Below, piece after piece: positions 1-9,625 of a stretch of DNA of 64,000 nucleotides (position 1 is the stretch's first letter; each line of letters begins with the position of its first letter). The notes under the pieces are model-generated. The model did not search any database and was not told the origin of the DNA. It saw nothing but the letters and a program-made list of their open reading frames with translations. Made by a program: the position numbers and the translations under genes. This stretch comes from an uncultured Nitrososphaeraceae archaeon. GTDB lineage: Archaea; Thermoproteota; Nitrososphaeria; Nitrososphaerales; Nitrososphaeraceae. Where the stretch lies: NCBI GenBank assembly GCA_963825865.1, contig CAWGVG010000027.1:64001-128000 (forward strand). The letters are read 5' to 3'.

Positions 1-808
1 TGCTCCATGTTGTTTTAAACCACTCTTCTTTAATTTTGTAAGATATATCTCTGCAATTTCTTGATCACTAATGCCACTCCACTTATAGACATGTTCTAAT
101 TCCTGTTGATAACGATCTTCTCTTACGAATAACTCTCGAGGTATTAACTGGTGCAAGGTAGCCATACGTTCGGCTTTTGTCACTTTCTCTTGATACCGTT
201 CAACGAACTTATTGTTACGCTCTCGTTCTGCAAGAAGGTCGTCTTTCATAGTTTGTAGTTTGTTTAACATGCTAAGTGCTTCACCTAATGTCTGCGGTGT
301 TTGCAGATTGTTAATGTCTAATGATTCTGCTGGTTGTTCTTCTACACCCTCTCCCTCTCCTCTTACTAGTCCTGTTCCTCGGCTGCTACAGGTCCTTCTG
401 TTCCTGTAGGTGTTGTTGAAGAAGATGTTGATGTTGATTCAGATGCTGCGCTATGTGTAAGTGGTCGAAGCATTGCGAGCGGCAGTCGGCCTCAGCGTCT
501 TTAATACACTTACTAGTTTTATCTTTGCTTGAATCTTGCTGTTCTCTTTGTTGGTCCATTTTGTTAACTAATGATTTATTGTTACTATTGACAAAGCTAT
601 TATCTTTTCTATCGTCATTACTAGAAGACGACGCTGCTGATGATGATGCTGATGTTGCCGTCCATTGTTTGACTGCTTCATTTAAAACATGCTGTAATTG
701 CTTGTATGGCCTACTGTTAAAAACATCATATGATGAAGGGTAATTTGGTGGATTATAGGCATCCTCTTCTAATTCAATAATATCCTCTTCTTTTACTGCT
801 ACAGACAT
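1..808 (-). CDS. Hypothetical acidic/coiled-coil protein, possibly virion scaffold-like; partial and frameshifted
   Basis: ORF 386..808 plus an open minus frame from ~420 to the window edge (GEGEGVEEQPAESLDINNLQTPQTLGEALSMLNKLQTMKDDLLAERERNNKFVERYQEKVTKAERMATL...). The scaffold call is inference from composition only. Confidence 0.45.
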
Positions 809-914
809 AATATTATTATTCGATACTGATTATTTTCAGTATCAGACTTATAGGTTTTCAGCTTAACATTAAGGAAAAACATAAAAGTTAATCCACACCT
901 AAAAAAACTATATT

Positions 915-1256
915 ATGACATTAACTAAAGCAATTCTAACGGTAGCCCCTAGTTTAAGCGTTACAGGTGGGACCCTAGTGACATTAGATGGGTCGACCAG
1001 TACGGCCGCTGACGGCACAACTTTAACAGGTAGAGATGCTCATCTATTTGAACAGATAGCGGGTCCGATTATAGCATTGAGGGCAACTGTGGCTCATGAG
1101 GGTGCTTCTTTGACCGATAGTATGCAATTCAACGCACCAATAAGTCAGCCTAATTCTAAACTTTCCTTTAAATTAACAGTAAAAGATAGTGGTGGGGTAA
1201 ACACTAACCGAAACAGCAGCACTTCGGATATCGTGACTATTTCAGTTACGTCCTAA
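915..1256 (+). CDS. Stand-alone PKD/Ig-like domain protein
   Basis: VTLDGSTS...QIAGP...FNAP...LSFKLTVKDSGG...DIVTISV follows the same pattern as the PKD repeats at 62009-63470. Confidence 0.7.
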   Translation: MTLTKAILTVAPSLSVTGGTLVTLDGSTSTAADGTTLTGRDAHLFEQIAGPIIALRATVAHEGASLTDSMQFNAPISQPNSKLSFKLTVKDSGGVNTNRNSSTSDIVTISVTS

Positions 1257-1620
1257 CTACCTTACGCATAAATTCTAAGTTACGTATGACTGTAGAAGTA
1301 GAAGATGGGTTAGGTTCTGTGTTTATTGGTTGTTGCTCCTGTTGTTTTCTATACTGCTGCTGATGCCTTAATTGTTTTTGTTTTTGTTCTTGATATTTGT
1401 TATTATTATACTGCTCTATTTTTTGCAACCTCTGTGAACTTTCTTGTTTCATTCTATTCCATTGATTGAATAACTGGTCATATTGATTTTTATCTAGATT
1501 GAATTTCATATTGGCGAGTTTAGCATCTATAATAGCTGGAGCTTCAGCGGCTTTTACGGAATCAGTAAACGTCTTTGGTGCAGTTACTTTCACAAAATTA
1601 CCGTTTCTATAGGTTGGCAT
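1246..1620 (-). CDS. Hypothetical Gln-rich protein
   Basis: 124-aa ATG ORF co-oriented with 1641..2174. Confidence 0.6.
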   Translation of the reverse strand: MPTYRNGNFVKVTAPKTFTDSVKAAEAPAIIDAKLANMKFNLDKNQYDQLFNQWNRMKQESSQRLQKIEQYNNNKYQEQKQKQLRHQQQYRKQQEQQPINTEPNPSSTSTVIRNLEFMRKVVRT

Positions 1621-1640
1621 TTCTTCTTATCTTATCTAAT

Positions 1641-2174
1641 CTAATAATACGACTGTCGTCTTGCCATATGCAAATGAACGGCGTGTTTGGTCCGTTCGTC
1701 CTCAGAATATAATACTCGAGAACAGTAGGCACATTTGAATTTCAGCAAATGATTTCGTATTGCCAGTCCGTATTCAAAGAGATTTCCTGTCTTTGAATCT
1801 AAATAGATTTTCTTTTGCTGAATTAAGTCTTTAATTATCATTTTAAGGTCGCGAAATTCGCCTTTAACATAATAACTTGTAAAGAGTTCAGAACGGTGTT
1901 TTATGCCAGACACCATATTAGCAATCATGTCGTACTTTGCATGGTCATCCTTTAACTGTGAAAATTGTATCTCATCTGTCTTGCTAATTACATCGTCCAA
2001 AGTTTTATTCGCAACAGAAGAAATGGACTCTTGTAACTGGCCAGGTGTGCCATTTGCTATTGCCTCTAGATCTGGTCGCATAACCTGTTGACCATCTTCC
2101 CATACTAATTTGACTGGTCCACGATATGTTTTAGGAAATTCTGAGTTAGTTGTATTATTATTATCGCTGCTCAT
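1641..2174 (-). CDS. Protein with C-terminal C2H2 zinc finger
   Basis: FKCAYCSRVLYSEDERTKHAVHLH (C-x2-C-x12-H-x4-H). Confidence 0.7.
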   Translation of the reverse strand: MSSDNNNTTNSEFPKTYRGPVKLVWEDGQQVMRPDLEAIANGTPGQLQESISSVANKTLDDVISKTDEIQFSQLKDDHAKYDMIANMVSGIKHRSELFTSYYVKGEFRDLKMIIKDLIQQKKIYLDSKTGNLFEYGLAIRNHLLKFKCAYCSRVLYSEDERTKHAVHLHMARRQSYY

Positions 2175-2329
2175 TATTATTATACCATTGATGTAACCCA
2201 GAGAAAGCTATTAGTGTTTGCTACTAGACACACAAAAAAAACACATACACAAATCAGCATCAATCAAGCTCGTTGCTATTCTTTTTCACATTAAAAAGAT
2301 AAGTGGATGGTTGTTTGTTTAACCATTTA

Positions 2330-3057
2330 TCAAGTGCAATTCACGTTACCTGTGAAAGTTGCATGTTCTCCGTCAGCAGTTCTAAATTGTATTGTTACAC
2401 CTGTTCCACATTGTCCTGTGATGGTTGCAGTTGGAGGAACTACTATATCTTCACAGCGTGCTGGAAAAGAACCTGCTGAAAGTTCTTTTCCCGTAATGGT
2501 AAATGAGTTTCCAGTTATTTGTACACTCATCCAAGGTACCTGTTTTGGTAAATGGAAACTCATGAGTTAAGTGAACGTCCACATTGAACTGTCCTTGTAC
2601 TGCGGCACTTGCATTTTGCTGAACAGAAAATGTTATAGATGCGGGTTCAGATACTGTCGCTCTTGGACAAGTGTTTTTCCGTCTCCTTGTCCACTGACCT
2701 GTATTGTTGTCGGTGTTGGAGTTGGAGCAGATGTAACTCCCTCTTCAGTACAAGTTGCGTTTTCGCCTGGGTGTGTGCATATCAGATTTTCACATTCCTG
2801 GTTTGTTGCAGTATCAAACCCACTTGCAGAACCCCTATTCTTGCATTCCTCTATGGTAACTGTGTTGCCATTACCGTTACCACTTCCATTATCTCTTGTC
2901 TTTTTATTATTATCAGCGTGTCCTGGTTTCTTCTGGGGAGCGAGCAAATGCTGTCTGCGTTGTTATTGCAGTTGCTGCAAATTGTTCCTACTACTAATGT
3001 TGCTGCCATGAAGACAGCAACTATTGTTGCATTTCTCTTTGTAGTTGAGTTGTTCAT
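2330..3057 (-). CDS. Secreted modular Cys-rich protein, paralogue 1 (beta-type C-terminal module); frameshifted
   Basis: Joins ORFs 2851..3057 (signal MNNSTTKRNATIVAVFMAATLVVGT), 2633..2947 (CKNRGSASGFD...QECENLICTHPGENATC, PT linker) and 2330..2563. Confidence 0.75.
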
Positions 3058-3079
3058 AATATTTTATCAATAGAAAGTT

Positions 3080-3313
3080 ATCTGTATATTTGAAGTGAGT
3101 AAGTTAATGCTGATTTATCTAATATGATTTAGTGCTGACTTGTTTCGTATAACAATTGAGTATATCAAATGAAGGATACTTTCTAATTTAGCAATTCATA
3201 GTATCATTAGTTATAATGATTCTTCACCAATTGGGCACGAAGTCCAATTACTTCATTATAGTGTGCTAGGTTTTTGGTGGTTTGCATTGGCCAATTTGGC
3301 CAATTTGGCCAAT
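3080..3313. repeat. Conserved upstream block of paralogue 1, ending in (TTGGCCAAT)x3
   Basis: 3080-3196 matches 6291-6407 with 4 mismatches in 117 bp; similarity continues to the triple palindrome at 3287-3313. Confidence 0.9.
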
Positions 3314-3409
3314 TTAGTAGTTTTTGGTTTAAAAAATAACTTTACCAAAATTAGGAACATTATGTGGGAAACATAAAAACAAATAAAGTTTTACTTTTAA
3401 AAACAGAAA

Positions 3410-3434
3410 GGCCGCTCGTGATGTCATAGCGGCC
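3410..3434 (-). terminator. GC-rich hairpin followed by a T-rich tract on the minus strand
   Basis: GGCCGCT...AGCGGCC 7-bp stem, then TTTCTGTTTTT on the minus strand, downstream of 3648..3842. Confidence 0.35.
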
Positions 3435-3647
3435 AAATCTAAAATGTAGAAAGTATCTAGATTAGCCCAGATTGACCGAGCCAAACTAGAGAAAGAATCC
3501 ACTAACTACTATACATATATACAGCAACGACGTTAATTCGGGGGTAGTTCACGCAAAGGTCGATTAGTTGTTGACTTTCCTATAGAATACAAAAAGATAA
3601 AACAGATTGTAAAAGAAAGAAGTTACATAAACTCAGAGTTTAGGTAA

Positions 3648-4075
3648 CTAACCACTCCTAAGCGATTCAAATACATGATCTCCTGGCTTGGAGTTTAGAA
3701 ATCTGTCTATGTCCTGCTCATTAGTATAATCTAATCCAATACTAATCATCACATTAGCCGTTAAACCAACAGCATCCAAACGCTTTTTCCTATCTAAAAA
3801 CAATTCAACAGGTCTGCCATTAGCTCTATCATGAGCATCCATTCTTTCTGCTATCTTTTGTAATCTGTCATCTTATGTCTAATCCTTCTATAAGCCCAAT
3901 CGACACTTACCTTTTTGTTGTCAAGTTTCTCGAAATAGTCTTTTGCGAGTTGATTTCCATTGCTTGCTTGGTTTGTTATGAATTCAGACTTTTTATATTC
4001 ACTATATGGTATACCATATACTCTAGCCTTAGTTCTAAGGATGCAGTCCTCCCAACTTTTGCCAACGTATTTTTT
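3648..4075 (-). pseudogene. Fragmented ORF resembling the HTH/C-terminal part of a ParB-like protein
   Basis: Minus frames give KVGRTAS...KKSEFITNQASNGNQLAKDYFEKLDNKKVSVDWAYRRIRH, then ORF 3648..3842. Confidence 0.35.
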
Positions 4076-4079
4076 TCTT

Positions 4080-4380
4080 AATCGGTTGTTGTTATTATTA
4101 TCTTTCCAGTAAGCATAAAGATATGGACCATGCTTCTCCTCGATACAATCAGGTTTACCGCATTTAATAAATTCCCGATAATGGAATAAAATCTACCTTT
4201 CTTTATCCTTGCTTGACGATAAACAACCAATTAGACGTTTGTTATTACTTAACAGCATTGTAAATGCTATGATTGCCTAATTCTGTAAACTAATGCTTAT
4301 CGCTTTGGATACCTCCTTATTTAAAATCCAATACAGCCTTTGACAAATCATTCCAAAATAATTCTGGATTTAATTCAGAA
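4080..4380 (-). pseudogene. Remnant of a small mobile-element protein with a HGPYLYAYWK motif (DUF6788-like)
   Basis: Minus-strand GKPDCIEEKHGPYLYAYWKD; stops and frameshifts upstream. Confidence 0.4.
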
Positions 4381-4430
4381 AGGTAACAAGTCGTTTACAG
4401 ATAGAGGCAATTAGATCATTTACATAACTC

Positions 4431-4980
4431 TTAACCACCACCCCCTATGAACACTATTCCAGCATTTTTCAGACACTGAATTAGCCCAGCCTGATCGATT
4501 GGTTGTCCTGTTCTTTCTGCAACATCTGTTAAAATTTGCTGAAGTTCCGACTCTCCACGCGGAGATGTAGCACAGAATTGCTCCAAATTCCCTTGTGTTA
4601 CTAGAAATATTTGTTCGGCGTTAAGGAATTTTGTCAAACATTCTTGGCAAGTTAGTTTTGTGGGTGGTGTTGTTGTTGTTGTTCCAACCCCCTCTTGTAC
4701 ACAGGTTGCATTTTCACCTGGGTGAGTACATATCACGTTTTCACATTCTTGCCCTTGGTTGTTATCAAATCCGCTTTGTGATGCTACTTGTTTGCATTTC
4801 TGAATGGTAATTGTATTGCCATTGCCATTGCCATTACCATTACCTTTGTCTCCTTTCTTCGTCTGCGGATAAGCAAATGCTGTTGTTTGTCCTGTTGTTG
4901 TTGCAAATGTCCCTACTACTAGTGTTGCTGCCATAAAGACAGACTACTAACGCTAGAGTTCTCGTTGTTGTGTTGTTCAT
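4431..4980 (-). CDS. Secreted modular Cys-rich protein, paralogue 2 (helical C-terminal module)
   Basis: ATG at 4980 (MNNTTTRTLAL), one frameshift, then MAATLVVGT...CKQVASQSGFD...QECENVICTHPGENATC, T/P linker, TCQECLTKFL...LIQCLKNAG. Confidence 0.8.
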
Positions 4981-5001
4981 ATATATTACAACTTACAATA
5001 T

Positions 5002-5140
5002 TATCTGTATATTTGACTTGGCGAAGTTAATGCTGATTTATATGATATAATTTACTACCAATTTATTCCATATAACTATCAAACATATCAAATGGACTAT
5101 TCTTACTTATTTACCTATTATTGGTAGCATTCAATTATAA
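5002..5140. repeat. Diverged third copy of the upstream block
   Basis: TATCTGTATATTTGACTTG..AAGTTAATGCTGATTTAT...TATAAC...ATATCAAATG aligns with the 3080 and 6291 copies. Confidence 0.75.
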
Positions 5141-5288
5141 CTAGATTCTACTATTGCTAGTCTATAGCTTAGGAAAGTATACCATACCATATTGCATTGC
5201 CAATCAGAATCGCAACAGAATGAAATAGCTGTAATATAAAAAATAGGGAAGGTTGTTGTTGTTGTTTTTTGTTCTGTTCTGTTCTGTA

Positions 5289-5486
5289 TCAAGTAGTAGT
5301 GCATTCCACATTACCTGTGAAAGTTGCATGTTCTCCGTCAGCAGTTGCATATTGTATTGTTACACCTGTTCCACATTGTCCTGTGATGGTAGCACTTACT
5401 GGGGAAACTCCTAGTAATGTTAAAAGCCTTTCAAACCCAGCTAATCCCACGCCCCCTCCAGATAATAGTGCACATGTTTGCTCCAA
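5289..5486 (-). pseudogene. Orphan C-terminal module without signal peptide or constant domain
   Basis: ATITGQCGTGVTIQYATADGEHATFTGNVECT is nearly identical in DNA (5299-5390) to the 3' end of paralogue 1 (2334-2425). Confidence 0.7.
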
Positions 5487-5628
5487 AGCAAACCTTCCCC
5501 GAAAGATGGTTATAAGTTATCAAAATTATCTGAGTGAGGATAACTTGTTGAAACTCATAATAATAAATAAATGGCGTTCTGAAGGAATAATGAGATGAAG
5601 TTTAAAAAATAAGAGTGGGGTCGCTAGG

Positions 5629-6267
5629 CTATCCTGGTATCTCTGTGTTTATAATAGTACAGGTTATGTGTTGGCCTGCAGCTATAGTACTAGGACCACA
5701 ATCACCACTGGTGGAAACAGCAAAATGTTGGGTGGAATGGCCTCAAGTACATTGAAGGAATCCCCTGGCTGCAGTGTAAAAACGACACCATTTCCAATAG
5801 CAGACGTACATGCGAAAGATTGTTGGGGATGGCCAACAGTAAATAAACTTATTGTACAGTCGCTTGGGAGAGAGCAATTGGATCGCAGGCTGACAAACGA
5901 CTTGTTTTACAATTCTTAAGGTTGTTGTGATTGGTTCGGGTGTTGGTGTTGGTGTTGGTGTTGGTGTTGATGTTGGAGTAGATCTAACTCCTTCTTGTGT
6001 ACAAGTTGCATTTTCACCTGGGTGAGTGCATATCACGTTTTGACATTCTTGTTCTGCTGTGTTATCAAATCCACTTACTGTCCCGTCTTGTTTGCATTTC
6101 TGGATGGTAACCGTGTTTCCATCTCTACTATTTTCTTGTGATCCTCCTCTATTCTTCTTTTGATAAGCAAGTGCCGTTTGTGTTGTTGCTGTTGATGCTA
6201 ATGTTCCTACTACTAATGTTGCTGCCATAAAGATAGCAACTATAGCTAAAGTTTTTGTGTTGTTCAT
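5629..6267 (-). CDS. Secreted modular Cys-rich protein, paralogue 3 (prealbumin/SpaA-like C-terminal module); frameshifted
   Basis: ORF 5743..6267 has the constant domain and a (TP)n linker; the shifted frame continues DCTISLFTVG...GQHITCTIINTEIPG* to 5629. Confidence 0.78.
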
Positions 6268-6290
6268 ACGTTACCAAGCAATATGATTTC

Positions 6291-6556
6291 ATCTATATAT
6301 TTGACTTGAGTAAGTTAATGCTGATTTATCTAATATGGTTTAGTGCTGACTTGTTTCGTATAACAATTGAGTATATCAAATGAAGGATACTTTCTAATTT
6401 AGCAATTGACAGTAACCTTTGTTATAATGATTCTTTACCATTTGGACATGATGTCCAATTACATACATACTTTATAATCCACGTTTATCTCTGCATTATA
6501 GTGTGTGCTAGGGTTTTGTGGTTTTTGATTTGGCCAAATTGGCCAAAATGGCCAAT
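6291..6556. repeat. Conserved upstream block of paralogue 3, ending in three TGGCCA palindromes at 9-bp period
   Basis: Matches 3080-3313; TTGGCCAAA TTGGCCAAA ATGGCCAAT at 6530-6556. Confidence 0.9.
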
Positions 6557-6603
6557 ATTAGTTATTGGTGTATCTATGGTTGACTATTCAATCAATCAAT
6601 CAA

Positions 6604-7047
6604 TCAATCGATTAAAGGATCAATATCGTACTTGGTCTTCAAGTCCGAACCTTTTCTAGTTATGTGCATTGCACAGTAACCTTTCTCTATCCACTTTAGA
6701 ATATCTGGTCCTACTGTTTCAGATGCGGTCAACTCAAGTATTTCTCCAGCAGAATCCGAACCTAAATCATGCACATAGAATTTATATCTGTTAACTGGCT
6801 TGTCTGGTTGGCTTTCATATGTAATTCAGCTCTTCTCTCGTTTTGTCTGGAATAATTTGTAGTAGCCTATGATCGCCATCCTTGAACTTGATAAATCTGT
6901 TCGTATTCCTTGAAGATGCTTTCTGGTCCAGTCGTGATCTCATCTCAGATATCTTGCGTTTTGTTTCTTCGCTTAAAACTTGCTTACCACCTGTTATTGT
7001 TGACTTGTTGTATTTGTATTTACACTTGCACTTGTATTTGTTGACAT
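6604..7047 (-). CDS. Putative phage-type single-stranded DNA-binding protein; frameshifted and absent from the ORF track
   Basis: Hand translation: RFIKFKDGDHRLLQII...RYKFYVHDL...LELTAS...ITRKGSDLKTKYDIDP*, resembling gp32-like OB-fold SSBs. Confidence 0.5.
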
Positions 7048-7268
7048 TTAACTCTCAAGCAAGCATGCAAAGTTTACTAATATAGCTTTATCGACTCTTT
7101 ATCATATGCCACAGGATTGGAAGAATCCGAATGGTGTTAGTGGTGGTAAAGCAGCTCGCACAAGCTGAAAAAGCCTCTGATAGGCAAAAAGGGCTAGAAT
7201 CTTTGATATCGTCATATTCAAGCGCAAAGATCTAAGACCAAATAAAGATCGCTTTAAGACAGAATATA

Positions 7269-8599
7269 TTATGTGTGCAGTTTAGTCACGAGATCCTGAA
7301 CTATCTCCTTTTCGATCTGTGTAAGCAAATCTAAATCTGGTCCTATTATTGCCATGGCGGTCATGTTATACAATGAGAACTTGTACCTTTCATCAACTAC
7401 ATCCTCAGTGAGGATGTCTGCATATGAAATAGGTGCATCGTCAAATTTGTTTTTTATATTAGATTTTAATACATAAATGTTAAATCTAACGAATAGACCG
7501 TACGCTTTGGTCTTTTCTAACAGACTGGCTTCTTTTGGAATAATCCAACTGGGTTTATAATCATTGCATTGAACAATAGGAGTATGCCATATAGGTGCAA
7601 AAGATACTTTTGGTTTCTCGTTCAAAAGTCACTAATCTTGTCCATAAAGTAAGAAGGCTCCAATGATATCTCGATAACACTGTGTAGCAATGTTGCTTTT
7701 CTCTTATAATTATGGGTTCAAAGTCGTGTTCATTCAATCCATCTCTTGTAAAGTAAAAATAGTGAATTTCGTTATTGATATGAACCCTTTTTGGGATAAC
7801 ACCAAAGATATTTAATCTCTCTTTGTTTTGAATATTCTCATATCACCTAGTTTCTGTCCTGTGTCTTCTACAATCAAAACGTTGGCTGAGGTAGCATATA
7901 TCATCTTCTGAGTATTTATCAACACCTTAAGAACTTCCATAAGTTCGTTCGAGATATTATTTGCTTCTTCAAAATTGCTTTCTTTTAGTTTATTTATTAA
8001 CTTATACAATTGGCTTTCAATTTCCTGATATATTTCATAATTCAAAGTTTTTTTATCGTATGCTCGTTTAGCAAGTTCAAATAGTAATTTAATATCTTCT
8101 TAACCCTTTTATCATCACTTCTGATTTCTCGTGTTTTTCTTTTAGATCTCGATGTATGTCTGAAAACAACGAAATAATTGATTCACCTGTACCATTAACT
8201 AGATCTTTGTATAATAATGCTAAATCATTCGGTACTGGAAAATTATAGTAGATGTCATTATAGGTATTAGCTTCTTGCGAATCTCTTGGCTGCCATGTTT
8301 CGTATGTAGATAAATACGCAATTGTTTGGTCATAAGCTTTAAGTGATTCTTCGTATAGTTGCTTGGTTTGATAGTCTAGATATCCATGAACGATATAGTT
8401 ACGTATATCATATTTATCTAAAACTCTCATTACATCATCTAAATATCTAAGTGATTCTTCAGATTGTGATAGATGTTTATATGTATACGGACTTGGGATC
8501 TTTTACATCAGAGAATGTATTCAATAATATATGTTTTTTAAACCTTATTCTTGAACGTTTTTTCTTTGATTTTTGTTCTGGTGATATCTGCATTGACAT
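7269..8599 (-). CDS. AT-rich hypothetical, largely helical cargo protein (~440 aa if rejoined)
   Basis: ATG at 8599, next to the stop of the upstream gene; ORFs 8089..8430, 7812..8045 and 7269..7625 appear linked by frameshifts. Confidence 0.5.
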
Positions 8600-8601
8600 G
8601 A

Positions 8602-9244
8602 TTATTCACTCGGAGTGCGGAATTTTGATAATATTAATTCATTATCCTTTTGCATACTCATTTTAAATTTTACAAGGTCTTCGATTACCTTATCCAAGTC
8701 ATTTGGAGTTAACTGGCATTCAACATCATCTATTTCACTTGTTCCTGGATATCTGATTCCAAAAACACATTGAATAACAGGAATTAATCTTTTCTGATCT
8801 TTTGGAGTTGTCAATACTCTGTAATTATTGGTCAAATTAATATAAGTTAAGCGTGGCAATATGGCATTCTCTAATCGGGTTCTTTGATGATAAATGTAGA
8901 ATTCTTCAATTAAATTACGACTTTCCATTATACTAGCTATATTCTCAATTTTTCTAATGTTAGCATCATCGAAACCGTGTGCTGCTTTAAGTCATTCTTG
9001 AAAAGAGTTGCGCTAGATGATGTTGAAAATATGCTTGCCAATTTGTAAAGTGCCATGAAAATGTCTTTACTTAAATTTGAACTCTCTCCGAATATTTTCT
9101 GTACTACTCAGGTTGTGAAAATGAACCATAATATTCGCCTTGTTTGAATTTTTGAAAGATAAAAGACATTACCTTATCTAGAATATCATCAGAAAGCGTT
9201 AAAAGCGAAGTCACCTGTCTCGATAAATCATCGAATGACGACAT
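8602..9244 (-). CDS. Candidate COMMD-like protein (helical N-domain plus COMM-like C-domain); frameshifted
   Basis: Rejoined ~210 aa: MSSFDDLSRQVTSLLTLSDDILDKV...FKNDLK..HGFDDANIRKI...LPRLTYINLTNNYRV...LIPVIQCVFGI...VECQLTPNDLDKVIEDLVKFK. Confidence 0.5.
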
Positions 9245-9296
9245 TTTTGACTATTACTCCAGCCTGACTAATCAATATTACCGATTACGGATACCT

Positions 9297-9482
9297 TTAT
9301 CTATGATCCTTTTGGATATGTCTTGAATTGTTTTGGCAAGCGATTCTGTATTGCCCAAGTCTTTTTCTAAAACGTGGACCTACCTTGATATCTGATATTG
9401 GTAGCATTATTATTTTATTTATTAGATCTCCCAACTCTTTTCCTGTGTCTTTATTCCATGTCTTTCCAGATCTATCTTGCAA
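9297..9482 (-). pseudogene. Truncated ParB N-terminal domain
   Basis: LPISDIKVGPRFRK(D)LGNTESLAKTIQDI is a typical ParB-N start; homology stops at ~9310. Confidence 0.6.
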
Positions 9483-9625
9483 GGATATGCTGGTTTACCT
9501 TGATGACGTAGTACAACATGCTTTTCATAATCTGCTTCGTCATTAGTTTGAAAATCATTACAATAATAACATGAAAATAAGAAATTATTCGTTATTTGGT
9601 CTGACGAATAATTTATTTTATTTTC

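Noticed and set aside
2334-5390. Diversity-generating retroelement TR/VR pair (2334-2425 vs 5299-5390)
   Set aside because: Mismatches are not confined to adenines of one copy on either strand, and no reverse transcriptase is in the window.
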